A stretch of 64,000 nucleotides of DNA from Hormoscilla sp. Lineage in GTDB: Bacteria; Cyanobacteriota; Cyanobacteriia; Cyanobacteriales; Desertifilaceae. The stretch covers positions 32,001 to 96,000 of the forward strand of contig JBFRWI010000100.1 in the NCBI GenBank assembly GCA_051439505.1, given 5' to 3'. The position numbers and the translations under genes were made by a program. This document shows, in pieces, positions 48,246 to 58,829 of the stretch (positions within the stretch are counted from its first letter, which is position 1; each line of letters opens with the position of its first letter). The notes beneath the pieces are model-generated. The model ran no database searches. It was not told the DNA's origin and was given only the letters and a program-made list of their open reading frames with translations.

Positions 48246-48515
48246 CTATGATACATTACCACAGTCGCCGGATGGGAGCAGATGCCGTGGGATTATCCCT
48301 GGCACATCCCCAGGATGAACCCTACTATACCAGACTTCCTCTGGCAACAGTAACACCATTGGGCCATTGCCGCATTTTCCCAAGCATCTGACGCCTTTGA
48401 CATCTACTCCCTCGATGGGAGAGTCTTGAAAAGCAGCCAGTACCTTAGCTGCGCCGTACTTGCGACAGCTAGTATGCTGGCAAACCAGGACTATTTTAGT
48501 TTCTGTCTGAGCCAT
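48246..48515 (-). CDS. Thioredoxin-like (2Fe-2S) ferredoxin
   Basis: VCQHTSC...CLGKCGNGP...WYSRV. Confidence 0.85.
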   Translation of the reverse strand: MAQTETKIVLVCQHTSCRKYGAAKVLAAFQDSPIEGVDVKGVRCLGKCGNGPMVLLLPEEVWYSRVHPGDVPGIIPRHLLPSGDCGNVS

Positions 48516-48683
48516 TGTCAATCCGGGGGGAAATTTTCCGGAAATGGTCGGGAACCTTTCGTACTCTACTAGATTCTCCACTGCTATCGCTTCGGTCCTC
48601 ACCAGTTGGCGGCCAGGCGATCGCCGGCTGGACCAGACCCCGCGAGCATATCCATATCCTAGAGCAAAAGGAGAATAAAAGCA

Positions 48684-50606
48684 ATGAGCATCATCAAATT
48701 ACTGGCAGTCGCCGCCGCTAGTGCCGCTATTTCCCTGACAGTAGTAGAAGCGAAGGCCGCATCGATCGCCCCTGTTGGATTTGAGATTACCGGAAATCTT
48801 GTCGCCCAACAGGGGAACAATTCCAGTTATCAAGGGAATGGCCAGCTAATTTGGAACCGCACTCTTGACCCGCGCCACGATCTTATTAACGAAGTCACTC
48901 TCATCAAGGGCCGGTCTCCCCAAGTCACCCTGGTTTTAGAGACAACCAATAATCTCGAATACCGTATTGATGGTAGCATAGGTCTGGCCGGGAATCAAGG
49001 TTTTCAAATGGACTTGATTCAGGTAAACGACCTCCCAGCGGAAGGGGTGTTATTCGTAGGAGAAAATGGCGAACTTCGGGCGATGTCACCGCTAGCAGCA
49101 GGATTTGACTTCCAAGAGTTATCAGTAGATTTCCAAGCAAAACAGCATTCTCAGACCGAGATCCTGATGGATATCTTCGCGACGGGAAGCGGTCAATTCT
49201 CGATCGCGGGTACGCCAACGGAGTCCCTGAGTCGGGCCACCGTTGTCGTTACGAAAGAAAATTATGTCGCCATGTCTTTTCGGGGTAAAGACAACCGTCT
49301 GATGCGTTTTGCCGGTCAACTGGTGCGCCGAGATGCTAACAGTCTGACTATTAACTTTACTAACTATGGCAAGGCCAAAGCAACGGGGACTCTCAACGTA
49401 CAGTACGGTCCTAACAACTCTATTTCTGCCCTCAATGGTAACGGCACCATTGAAGGTCAGCGCTTCTCAATCAATTTTAACAACTCCCAATCTCAGGCAC
49501 AACAGAATCAGGCACAACAGAATCAGGGACAACAGAATCTCAATCTATCCCAAAATGGACGGGGTCGGTTCTCTTTTGCAGGTGAAAATAGAGTGCTACA
49601 AACTGCCACAGTTGTTGCTAATGCTAACGGGGATGTGAAGATCTCGCTGCGCGATCGGCAAAATCAGGCGATCGCCTTCAGGGGTAAAGTGATGCGCCGC
49701 ACCGCCAACAGTCTGCTGGTTAACCTGACAGACTCCGGCAGTTTCCAGTCCGTTCAAGGAAGACTCGGCATTGTCTATAACGCTAATGACAATTCTATCT
49801 CCTCCCTGAAAGGGAACGGCATGGTTGACGGTCAGGAATTCTCCCTCAATTTTAATAACTCTCAAGCTACTGGAGAAACTCCCCAGTTACCAGCAAATAT
49901 TAATCTCTCCCAGTCAGGACGGGGTCGGTTCTCTTGGGCCGGTGAAAATCAAGTCCTACAAACTGCCACAGTTGTTGCTAACCGTAACGGAAATGTGAAT
50001 ATCAACCTGCGCGATCGGCAAAATCAAGTTATCTCCTTGGCAGGCCAACTGCTGCGCCAAAATGCCGACACCCTGCTGGTCAACCTCACTAACTTTAGTA
50101 GTTTCTCCTCGGTAGAAGGTCAAGTCAGGATCTCTTACAGCGCCGACAAGAATGAAATATCCTCGATCGCGGGGAAAGGAAATCTTGACGGTCGGGAATT
50201 CTCTCTCAATTTTAGCAACTCTCAAACTACGGGACAAACTCCTCAGCTACAAGAGAAGATTAATCTCTCTGGAAACGGACGGGGTCGGTTAGCTTTGGCA
50301 GGTGAAAATCAAGTCCTACAAACTGCCACAGTTGTTGCTAACACTAACGGCGATGTCAGTATCTCTTTGCGCGATCGGGAAAATCAAGCGATCTCCTTGG
50401 GCGGTCAACTGCTGCGCCAAAATGCCGACACCCTGTTAGTTAACCTGACTAACTCTGGCAGTTTTGAGTCCGTAGAAGGTCGAGTCAGGATCGAGTACAG
50501 CGCTGACAACAATTCTATCTCCTCCATCAGAGGGAAAGGAACCATTGACGGTCAGGAATTCTCTCTCGGGTTTAATAACTCTCAAACCACCGGACAAAAT
50601 CCCTAG
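48684..50606 (+). CDS. Secreted protein with tandem 120-aa beta-rich repeats
   Basis: Signal peptide; GGGGTCGGTT recurs at 49561, 49921 and 50281 (360-nt period). Confidence 0.85.
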   Translation: MSIIKLLAVAAASAAISLTVVEAKAASIAPVGFEITGNLVAQQGNNSSYQGNGQLIWNRTLDPRHDLINEVTLIKGRSPQVTLVLETTNNLEYRIDGSIGLAGNQGFQMDLIQVNDLPAEGVLFVGENGELRAMSPLAAGFDFQELSVDFQAKQHSQTEILMDIFATGSGQFSIAGTPTESLSRATVVVTKENYVAMSFRGKDNRLMRFAGQLVRRDANSLTINFTNYGKAKATGTLNVQYGPNNSISALNGNGTIEGQRFSINFNNSQSQAQQNQAQQNQGQQNLNLSQNGRGRFSFAGENRVLQTATVVANANGDVKISLRDRQNQAIAFRGKVMRRTANSLLVNLTDSGSFQSVQGRLGIVYNANDNSISSLKGNGMVDGQEFSLNFNNSQATGETPQLPANINLSQSGRGRFSWAGENQVLQTATVVANRNGNVNINLRDRQNQVISLAGQLLRQNADTLLVNLTNFSSFSSVEGQVRISYSADKNEISSIAGKGNLDGREFSLNFSNSQTTGQTPQLQEKINLSGNGRGRLALAGENQVLQTATVVANTNGDVSISLRDRENQAISLGGQLLRQNADTLLVNLTNSGSFESVEGRVRIEYSADNNSISSIRGKGTIDGQEFSLGFNNSQTTGQNP

Positions 50607-50697
50607 GGATAAAATAATATAAATTTGTTAATTGCGAATTGCTAATGGAAAAGAATCCCTTCACCATTAACAATTCGCAATTCACTATTAGCAATTA

Positions 50698-51672
50698 TCA
50701 ATCTGCCGAGAGTCCCTTGGATGCTAACCATTCGCGATTATAAAGTCGTGATTGATAACGGGCCCCACCATCGCAAAGTACAGTCACGATCGTATGACCC
50801 GGTCCCATCTGCTTAGCCAAGGCCACAGCAGCACCAACATTAATGCCCACGGAACCTCCCATAAATAGCCCATCTTTCCGCAGCAACTGATATATTACCC
50901 GCACGCATTCCGGATCGTCAATCTGGATCGCATCATCGATCGGGACATCTTGCATATTTCCCGTGATGCGAGAATTACCAATGCCTTCAGTAATCGATCG
51001 GCCCTCAGCTTTCGGTTCCCCGGTCTTCACATAACTATACAGCCCACTGCCCATGGGGTCTGCCAAGACATTTTGAACTTTAGCATTCTTTTCTTTCAGA
51101 TACATCGCCACCCCGGCAAAGGTGCCACCCGTACCCGTTGAGGCCACCCAGCCATCAACTTTACCATCGGTTTGGGCCCAAATTTCCGGACCAGTAGTTT
51201 CATAATGGGCCCGTCGGTTAGCTAGATTATCAAACTGATTGGCCCAGATCGCATTTTCCATCTCAGCGGCGATTCTGCCAGACAGCTTGACATAATTGTT
51301 AGGGTCTTTGTACGGTACCGCCGGGACCGTTTGCACGTCGGCACCCAAGGTGCGCAAGGCATCTATCTTCTCTTGGGATTGGGTTTCGGGAATGATAATC
51401 TTGCACTTATAGCCTTTAGCATTGCAAATATGGGCTAAACCAATCCCCGTATTGCCAGCAGTGCCCTCAACTACCGTGCCACCGGGTTTAAGTAAACCTT
51501 TTTCTTCAGCATCTTGAATAATGTAAAGTGCGGCCCGGTCCTTCACGGAACCCCCCGGATTGAGAAATTCAGCCTTTCCCAGGATTTCGCAACCCGTTTC
51601 CTCGCTGAAGCTGTTGATGCGGATTAAGGGCGTGTTCCCCACGGTGCCGACGAAGCCTGCTTTTATATCCAT
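50698..51672 (-). CDS. cysK: Cysteine synthase
   Basis: KAEFLNPGGSVKDR, TAGNTG, GTGGT. Confidence 0.9.
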   Translation of the reverse strand: MDIKAGFVGTVGNTPLIRINSFSEETGCEILGKAEFLNPGGSVKDRAALYIIQDAEEKGLLKPGGTVVEGTAGNTGIGLAHICNAKGYKCKIIIPETQSQEKIDALRTLGADVQTVPAVPYKDPNNYVKLSGRIAAEMENAIWANQFDNLANRRAHYETTGPEIWAQTDGKVDGWVASTGTGGTFAGVAMYLKEKNAKVQNVLADPMGSGLYSYVKTGEPKAEGRSITEGIGNSRITGNMQDVPIDDAIQIDDPECVRVIYQLLRKDGLFMGGSVGINVGAAVALAKQMGPGHTIVTVLCDGGARYQSRLYNREWLASKGLSAD

Positions 51673-51902
51673 ATGTTCTTCCAGTTCTAAGTGTCTCAGA
51701 TATTGTATACCTTAAACTGGAGGCAGAGCCTCGACGAGGGCGTTCCCAGTCTCCGGCTGGGAACGAGAGGGTAAAAATGGGTGCGATCGCAAGTAGTTGA
51801 TAGTCATATCTGGTATATCTGGTGATACATTATAGCCCGCGCAGGCGGGCTTTGTACCTGTAGCCGGACCCTTTAGGGTTCGGGCGCGATGTCCAGAAAC
51901 TT

Positions 51903-52541
51903 TTACTTATTCGGTTGAGGGGTCATCCGCAGGTAGGGCTTGACTTCGGTGTAACCTTTGGGGAATTTTTCCTTCAGGACTTCTGGGTCTTTCAGGGAGG
52001 GGACGATCACGCAGTCGCCGCCATCTTTCCAGTTGACTGGGGTAGCGACGCTGTGGTTGTCTGTCAACTGCAAGGAGTCGATCACCCGCAAGATTTCGTC
52101 GAAGTTGCGTCCGGTACTGGCGGGGTAGGTGAGGGTGAGGCGGAGTTTCTTGTTGGAGTCGATGATGAAGACAGAACGCACCGTCAAGGTATTGCTGGCG
52201 CGAGGGTGGATCATGTCGTAGAGGTCCGAGACCTTCTTGTCGGGATCCGCTAAGATGGGATAGTTGACGGTGGTCTTCTGGGTTTCGTTGATATCCCCGA
52301 TCCAGCCTTTGTGAGACTCGACGCTATCGACGCTGAGGGCGATCGGCTTGACGTTACGCTTGTCAAATTCCGGTTTCAGGCGGGCGACTTCCCCCAGTTC
52401 GGTAGTGCAAACGGGGGTATAGTCGGCGGGGTGGGAGAATAGGATCACCCAGCTATCCCCTGCCCAGGTGTAAAAGTCGATTTCACCTTCAGAGGACGCT
52501 TGGGTGAAGTTGGGGACATAGTCCCCTAGTCTGAGAGTCAT
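51903..52541 (-). CDS. 1-Cys peroxiredoxin (Prx6 type)
   Basis: FSHPADYTPVCTTE, YPASTGRNFDE. Confidence 0.95.
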   Translation of the reverse strand: MTLRLGDYVPNFTQASSEGEIDFYTWAGDSWVILFSHPADYTPVCTTELGEVARLKPEFDKRNVKPIALSVDSVESHKGWIGDINETQKTTVNYPILADPDKKVSDLYDMIHPRASNTLTVRSVFIIDSNKKLRLTLTYPASTGRNFDEILRVIDSLQLTDNHSVATPVNWKDGGDCVIVPSLKDPEVLKEKFPKGYTEVKPYLRMTPQPNK

Positions 52542-52714
52542 AACCTAGTTCCTGTGGTTTGCTACTAAAATTGTTTCCAACTTTACATTTTCCCACATCA
52601 CCTTGATGCTGCTCTCAGATAATTTTCGATTTTCCTCAGAAAAGCCATTGCATTTGCTGATGGACTGTATTAAGTTTAGTGATATGTTATCTTCGCCCTT
52701 AAATAGGATTGCCT

Positions 52715-53017
52715 ATGTTCCAGTTCCTGTATTTTATACTACATGCCCTCGATCCGTTTCTGGTGCCGATTTGCTTTGTCTGTGCCTGGATGTTAGTGCT
52801 GATGGTAGGTTGGAGTCTCTGGGGGGCCCTGCGATCGGGCCTTGCGAGGGCCCAGCTGATGCACCAGATCCCCTGTACCGGCTGTGAGTTTTTCACCAAT
52901 GATTACCGGCTCAAATGTACGGTGCGGCCTCAAATTGCCAATACGGAGAAGGCGATCGCCTGTTCTGACTATTGTGCGAAAAAAAATCCTTTCAGTATAG
53001 CTAGCCAAGATGAGTAA
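52715..53017 (+). CDS. Small cyanobacterial membrane protein with Cys motif
   Basis: TM helix followed by HQIPCTGC...LKCTV...ACSDY. Confidence 0.75.
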   Translation: MFQFLYFILHALDPFLVPICFVCAWMLVLMVGWSLWGALRSGLARAQLMHQIPCTGCEFFTNDYRLKCTVRPQIANTEKAIACSDYCAKKNPFSIASQDE

Positions 53018-53034
53018 ATTTATCTGGGAATATC

Positions 53035-53496
53035 GTGGTAGACTATAGCAAGTTAAGGGCTTTACTAGCGGAAAAAAACTGGCAAGGAGCCGACGTAGAA
53101 ACGAGAAGATTGATGTTGTCTATTGCGGGGGCAGATAGGCGATCGGATCTTTTGCTAACGGCAACAGATATTCAGGAATTTCCCTGTACTGAACTGCGGA
53201 CTATTGACAAGGTTTGGGTAGAGTACAGTGAAGGACATTTTGGTTTTTCTGTCATCAAAGGCATTTATGCAGAAGTGGGAAAAGATTACTCCCAGTTAGC
53301 GGAACGGGTAGGTTGGCGGGCCGGGGAAAAATGGATAAAATACCAGGAAGTAAATTTTACAGGTAATGCCCCTGTAGGACATTTACCCATTACGTGGTTA
53401 GTCCCGAGTTCTTTTTGGATGTATTGGCTAGCACGTTTTGCTAGCGCGGGTTGGAGGTTACTATTAGAACGGGCCGAAGCTTGTCAATTATCGTAG
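53035..53496 (+). CDS. GUN4-domain protein
   Basis: VDYSKLRALL...WQGADVET...IDKVW..YSEGHFGFSV...GHLP. Confidence 0.85.
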   Translation: MVDYSKLRALLAEKNWQGADVETRRLMLSIAGADRRSDLLLTATDIQEFPCTELRTIDKVWVEYSEGHFGFSVIKGIYAEVGKDYSQLAERVGWRAGEKWIKYQEVNFTGNAPVGHLPITWLVPSSFWMYWLARFASAGWRLLLERAEACQLS

Positions 53497-53680
53497 CAAT
53501 AAATCGGCTTGTGACAAGAAACCGGGTTTCTGCGATATCCTCTGGTATGTACCCAGGGTTGAACAGAGAAACCCGGTTTCTGACCGGGGTTTCCGGATGT
53601 GTCTAGTGCAGCCAAAAGGGTAGTGGTAAAGATGTAATGATTTGGCTACGGCAGAGTGAGGCTAGAAGCCTCTAAAATCA

Positions 53681-54040
53681 TTAGTTGAAAACGGGCGACA
53701 CGTTAAGGAGAACCCTTCCGATGTTCTCTATCCGGACGAAATCTCTTGCAACTGCGCCAGGAGGATAAATGCTGTCAATAGCTCCTGGCGAACCGCAGGG
53801 GACAAAATTAGGCTGGGTGAGTGGCATGGGGCTACTGGAAACGGTGAAAGAGTATACGCCGACTTCTGGCGGTTCGCAAGAGACTGCCGATATTTCAAAT
53901 TGGGGGACGAGGGGACCCTCGAACGTCTCCCCTGGCACGATGATGTCAGCGTTTGCGGGAAGAACGATGGTCCCGACGAGGGCGATCGCAACGGCCACCG
54001 CTGCGAACCACCTGGTAATCAGACTTAAGTACTGTTTCAT
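53681..54040 (-). CDS. Hypothetical secreted protein
   Basis: Signal peptide ending PANA; two Cys. Confidence 0.65.
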   Translation of the reverse strand: MKQYLSLITRWFAAVAVAIALVGTIVLPANADIIVPGETFEGPLVPQFEISAVSCEPPEVGVYSFTVSSSPMPLTQPNFVPCGSPGAIDSIYPPGAVARDFVRIENIGRVLLNVSPVFN

Positions 54041-54532
54041 TGAGTTTTACCTTTTTAGATATACGTTGTTTAGTCAATAGCAGTCGCCAAGGTAGTTAGG
54101 ACAAAAGTCAGCCTTCTGCCCTCAGCTTTCTGCCTTTTGCGATCGTAACCCAGAAGTACACAACTCGGTTGAGAGGGTCTCTAGGATGGTTGCCGATGCC
54201 TCCGAACGCAAGTGATTGACCTGCATCATTTAATGACAATACACCTTTATCCACCTTTTTGCAAAAAAACATCCACGCCCGAGAGTAACTGTCGAACTGA
54301 GGCATCACAAGAGCGCTATCTACTGTCCCCTTTTTCCCTTTAAACGCAGTGTAGGTGCCGGTGGTCACGGGGGCGATCGTCTCTCGGGTGTGGCAAGAAA
54401 CCGGGTTTGGGGCGACAACCTCAGGGTCTTTGCCCGGGGTGGAAAAGAGAAACCCGGTTTCTGACCTCGGGTGGGGGGCGCGATGCCCGATCGGGAGGCG
54501 AGTCCCACAACCGGGAAGTTCTTCGCCTGATT

Positions 54533-55570
54533 TCAGCTTTGCACTTGAAATTCCTCTGGAGAGATTCCCCAATTTACCCAGCGAATTGCCTCCTGTGCTG
54601 ATTCTACATCAGGAGGCACCCGCAAGGCATGAATGAATCCGGTGCTGGGGCAGGTCATTTTCAATAAATAAATTGGTTCGACATCTACATCTGCATCGAT
54701 TTTCAATAAAGTATATTTCTGCCAAGTATCTAGGGCGATCGCCTGCAACTCTTGCAGCATTTTCTCATAACCAATTCCCTGAATTAAGACCCGCCGCAGT
54801 TCGGCATTTTCCTCTGTTAAAATCCACTGTGATCGCCACTGATGGGGGTGTAGTTTACCGTACTTTTCAGGTAATATAACTCCTTGACTTGCATAAACAC
54901 TCAAACCATCTGCATATTGAATCGCCGGTGCCCCTTCTGCATGGAGACGTTGTTGGTCGTCCAGGGAAAGAATGCTAGGGCGCGAGCAAACAATACAAGT
55001 CTTTTCAAAGGGAAAAATCCAACCTGCGTTTTTCATCAATAGCTGATATATATCCCACATTGGTTGATGAGGTTGACAATTCAATTCGGAAATACAATAA
55101 TCTAACAAACTGCCATTACTAACAAAATTTTCTGTCCCCATGCTATAAAACTGATCTATCTCAATGCCGATTTTGTTGTAAATCATTTCGGCGATCGCAC
55201 TTATTTCCGTTCTAATTATTTCTTCTCTTTCTTTAAGATATTTAAATAAATCATGATGCATCTGGGAACCAATTTTTACTTTCAGCTTAATTATCATTTC
55301 TTGGTTTAATTCCTTGACAATATCGGTCAGTTCTGTCCTATAGGGCGAGAGATTCATAAAAATATGTTGGCAAGCATAAGCTGGACCGTCCGCAAAAATT
55401 ATTTCTGGTTCCTTTTTGCATATTAAGGCATAGGCAGCTTGGACCGCTTCTCTTGCCTTGCTTGGATCTAGGGATGCAGTTGATGTCGCAATTTTCCACC
55501 ATTTTTCCTCGTAGACTGACATCATAGCTTCTTGTGCTGGCGTCAGTCCCTCGATTAAAGTTTGCGACAT
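54533..55570 (-). CDS. DUF6745-like protein
   Basis: RLHAEGAPAIQYADG, EENAELRRVLIQGIGY, MTCPSTG..HALRVPP. Confidence 0.8.
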   Translation of the reverse strand: MSQTLIEGLTPAQEAMMSVYEEKWWKIATSTASLDPSKAREAVQAAYALICKKEPEIIFADGPAYACQHIFMNLSPYRTELTDIVKELNQEMIIKLKVKIGSQMHHDLFKYLKEREEIIRTEISAIAEMIYNKIGIEIDQFYSMGTENFVSNGSLLDYCISELNCQPHQPMWDIYQLLMKNAGWIFPFEKTCIVCSRPSILSLDDQQRLHAEGAPAIQYADGLSVYASQGVILPEKYGKLHPHQWRSQWILTEENAELRRVLIQGIGYEKMLQELQAIALDTWQKYTLLKIDADVDVEPIYLLKMTCPSTGFIHALRVPPDVESAQEAIRWVNWGISPEEFQVQS

Positions 55571-55904
55571 CGGTATCCTCCTGATTTTACCTTGTTTGCT
55601 AATTATACATCGAAATGCACCCCCATGAGAAGCATTTCATATTTCGATACTTCGTAGGTTTTGAATATAGGTTGTCATTGCGAGGGGGGACTCCGCGATT
55701 AGCTTATGCTTTCATCATCGTTAACCCCCCCCCGAAGCAATCCCCCGCCCCATATGAGATGAAGATCACTGCGGCGTTGTCGGTGAGATTGCTTCGGGGG
55801 GATCATCATCACTTGGATCCCTAAAATGTCGATTTGGGTTTCCCCCTCGCAATGACATCCCTTGAAGTATTGTCTTATATTTACTAGCATACCACGAGCC
55901 GCCA

Positions 55905-56615
55905 TTAATGAGATGAGCCCGTTTCTTGAATATAGAGCGATCGCCCGATCGGGGTAGCCAAGTCCGGTCGGCCAACTTCGCACAGGGCCCGATCGCGAAT
56001 ACGGCAAGAGTCGCAGAGACCACAGGGAGTTTCTCCGCCCTGATAGCAAGAGTAAGTCTCCTGAATGGGAACCCCTAGCTGCAAGGCGCGACGGACGATA
56101 TCCGCTTTAGAATCTTTAACTAAGGGGGCGACCAATTGAGGGGCCTTACCTTCCAGTCCCACTTTCGATGATAAATTAGCCAACTGTTGAAAAGCAGCCA
56201 AATATTCAGGGCGACAGTCAGGATAGCCCGAATAGTCTACCGCATTAATGCCCAGATAGATAGCAGACGCCCCCTTTGCTTCCGCCAGGGAAAGGGCGAT
56301 CGCGATAAAGACAGTATTGCGTCCGGGCACATAGGTAACAGGAATTATCCCCGGTTTTACGCCCTCGGTAGGTACGGAAACATTTAGGTCAGTGAGGGCC
56401 GAACCTCCCCACTGGGATAAATTAACATCGATGATATAATGTTCGGCCAGGTGCAACTTTTGGGCAATAGTTTGGGCAGCGAATATTTCCCGATCGTGCC
56501 GTTGGCCGTAACGAAAGGATAGGGCGATAGTTTGGTAGCCATCGGCAACAGCTTGGGCGGCGGTAGTAGAGGAGTCCAGTCCCCCAGACAGGAGGGCGAT
56601 CGCCATTTCAGTCAT
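55905..56615 (-). CDS. queC: 7-cyano-7-deazaguanine synthase
   Basis: SGGLDS, YVPGRN, GYPDCR, CGLCDSC. Confidence 0.95.
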   Translation of the reverse strand: MTEMAIALLSGGLDSSTTAAQAVADGYQTIALSFRYGQRHDREIFAAQTIAQKLHLAEHYIIDVNLSQWGGSALTDLNVSVPTEGVKPGIIPVTYVPGRNTVFIAIALSLAEAKGASAIYLGINAVDYSGYPDCRPEYLAAFQQLANLSSKVGLEGKAPQLVAPLVKDSKADIVRRALQLGVPIQETYSCYQGGETPCGLCDSCRIRDRALCEVGRPDLATPIGRSLYIQETGSSH

Positions 56616-56616
56616 T

Positions 56617-57219
56617 TTATTTTATCTCCAAAAACTTGTGAGTTTGTAAACTAAAGCGCCAGGACGGGTGCTGCAAGATGTAGGCAAAAACGAGGCGACG
56701 ACTATAGGAAGTATTCCACTCAGGTTGCAGGTACATCATCGCAGAATCTTTCACCTTCAGGGCCTCTTGATCTGCCCATTCTAGATCCTGGGGGTGGGCA
56801 ACGACAACCTTCAGTTCATCAGCATGAGGATAGACAGAGGGGTGAGGAGGCTGAAAAGTTTTGGGAGAAAGGGTTACCCAGTCAAAACTGCCAGTGAAAG
56901 GATGAGCACCAGAAGTTTCTAAATGGACTCGCAGGTGAGACTTTCGGAGTGCATCAGAGAGGGGAGTAAGGTCATGCATCAAAGGTTCTCCGCCAGTAAC
57001 GACCACAATAGCAGGAGAAGCAGCAACAGCTTCTGCCACCAGATCGGGAACAGTCCGCTGGGGATGAAGCTGTGGGTTCCAAGACTCCTTGGTATCGCAC
57101 CAAGAACAATGGACATCGCAACCCCCCAAGCGGATAAAGAAGGCGCTGACACCAGTCCAGGCACCTTCTCCCTGGAGGGAGTGAAAGGTTTCTACTACGG
57201 GGTAAGTGACTTGAGTCAT
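56617..57219 (-). CDS. queE: 7-carboxy-7-deazaguanine synthase (radical SAM)
   Basis: [29 protein letters not shown]. Confidence 0.95.
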   Translation of the reverse strand: MTQVTYPVVETFHSLQGEGAWTGVSAFFIRLGGCDVHCSWCDTKESWNPQLHPQRTVPDLVAEAVAASPAIVVVTGGEPLMHDLTPLSDALRKSHLRVHLETSGAHPFTGSFDWVTLSPKTFQPPHPSVYPHADELKVVVAHPQDLEWADQEALKVKDSAMMYLQPEWNTSYSRRLVFAYILQHPSWRFSLQTHKFLEIK

Positions 57220-57367
57220 ACTCGGATCTCGGGCTACAAACCAGTATAGGGGCGAACTGTCCCTTGACAATTATAATTTCACATTCTATCATCCTTGTCA
57301 AGGAACTGGACTTTGTGCTATCCTGAGAAGGTAGTAATTTTCGTCATTATCGATCAGTAGCAGTTTA

Positions 57368-57637
57368 ATGAGTGATGAGTCAGTGGGGGATGGGGCCCTA
57401 GCAAAAGATCGAATAATCGCCTATGAACTAGCTGTTTCCCAGCAGCAAGCAAAGGAGTTAGCAGGAGACTTACAGCAATTTGAAGCCCAGTATAAAATGT
57501 CATCATCTGATTTTGCACGGCGCTTCCAAGCAGGAGAATTAGGGGATGATGTTGATTTTGTCGAGTGGAATGCCTTTTATCAAATGTGGTGTTCTGTACA
57601 AAAACGCCTGCCGATTCTGGAATCTGAGCTAGACTGA
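57368..57637 (+). CDS. Putative antitoxin (TumA-like), partner absent
   Basis: FEAQYKMSSSDF.RRFQAGELGDDVDFVEW motif. Confidence 0.6.
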   Translation: MSDESVGDGALAKDRIIAYELAVSQQQAKELAGDLQQFEAQYKMSSSDFARRFQAGELGDDVDFVEWNAFYQMWCSVQKRLPILESELD

Positions 57638-58046
57638 TGCTGTCAGTTTGCCATCAACCTGGTTTCTTATCCAAAAGTGAGATACTCCTTTTGCCTGAAA
57701 TAGGGGCGATCGCCTTTACCGGGACGACGGGACTAGGGGCGATCGCCTGACATTCATTCTTCTGACAGACTCAACGGCAGCATTGCGTTTTTCTATCTCC
57801 TCTTGAGAACAGCGGGGCCGATCGCTCAACAATGGCATACCTCTTGGCACCCGCCTACGAGTTTTCTGAATCATCGAAACCAACTCCATTCTTCATTCTT
57901 TCACATTAGTTTAGCATCCAATGGGCTGCGATCGCCATCTGCTGCCCGGCGATCTGACTACTTTCACAATAACCCCCGATCGCGTCATGTGATATCATAT
58001 CATAATCAGGGGAAATCTTGGTGGGCGGTGCCCACCCTACAAAACA

Positions 58047-58152
58047 ATTAGCCATTAGCAATTAGCAATTAACAATTAGCAATTAACAATTAACAATTAG
58101 CCATTAGCAATTAGCAATTAGCAATTAGCAATTAGCCATTAGCCATTAACAA
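58047..58152. repeat. STRR-type heptamer tandem array (ATTAGCA/ATTAACA/ATTAGCC)
   Basis: About 15 heptamers; other heptamer runs at ~21204, 21336, 22640, 34423, 34545 and 50630. Confidence 0.9.
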
Positions 58153-58155
58153 TCT

Positions 58156-58797
58156 TCAATAGATCTGCTCTAAGCGACGAAACTCTCTTTCCACTTCCTC
58201 CCACAGAGAACGGTTATGGGGGTCGGTTTTCAGAGCCTTTTTCAGATAAACTCTCGCCTTATTCACCTGCTTTTTATCGATCAGATGACTGCCCCAAAGT
58301 TGATAGACGATCGCCTGCCACTGACGCACCTCCCGGTCCTGAGGAAAGCGCCCCGCCAGTGCTTCCACAAGGGCGATCGCCCGTGGTAATTTCCGTGCAA
58401 TAAACAATTCTTGCAACTGTTTATAGGAACTATCTTTCAGCTTCTGGTCAGCTTCTGACAGCGGTTTTACATATTCATATTTTTGCTCTTTTTGCTCTTT
58501 TTGCTCTGTTTCATTTTTTGAACTCTTGGTCTTTACCTTCACCTTCACCGTTGTCTGAGGTGGCTCCTGTTTTCTCTCACTTCCCTGGGGCGCTTTAGTA
58601 TCTGACGATACAACGCCCAGGAGAAACTTGTAAGCGTCCGTCAATTGGATAAACTTCTGGGAGGCAAGCTTATCAGTAGAATTGACATCAGGATGATACT
58701 GGCGTGCCAACCGGCGGTAAGAAGACTTGATCTCCGCCAAAGACGCCCCAGGTCTTAACCCCAACAGTCGATAGCACTCGGGAATATCCATAATCAA
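58156..58797 (-). CDS. DnaJ-domain protein with C-terminal TPR-like helices
   Basis: YRRLARQYHPD. Confidence 0.9.
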   Translation of the reverse strand: MIMDIPECYRLLGLRPGASLAEIKSSYRRLARQYHPDVNSTDKLASQKFIQLTDAYKFLLGVVSSDTKAPQGSERKQEPPQTTVKVKVKTKSSKNETEQKEQKEQKYEYVKPLSEADQKLKDSSYKQLQELFIARKLPRAIALVEALAGRFPQDREVRQWQAIVYQLWGSHLIDKKQVNKARVYLKKALKTDPHNRSLWEEVEREFRRLEQIY

Positions 58798-58829
58798 AAA
58801 TGGCAGAATTTTTTCAATTCTGCCATTTT
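58797..58829. terminator. Hairpin AAAATGGCAGAATT...AATTCTGCCATTTT
   Basis: 14-bp perfect stem between clpP and the J-domain gene. Confidence 0.45.

Noticed and set aside
54283..54300. GTTCGA as a tRNA T-loop (also at 21301)
   Set aside because: No cloverleaf, acceptor stem or CCA could be built around it.
54108..54572. 154-aa minus-strand ORF
   Set aside because: It is built partly from a palindromic repeat and HIP1-rich spacer DNA, with no recognisable motifs.
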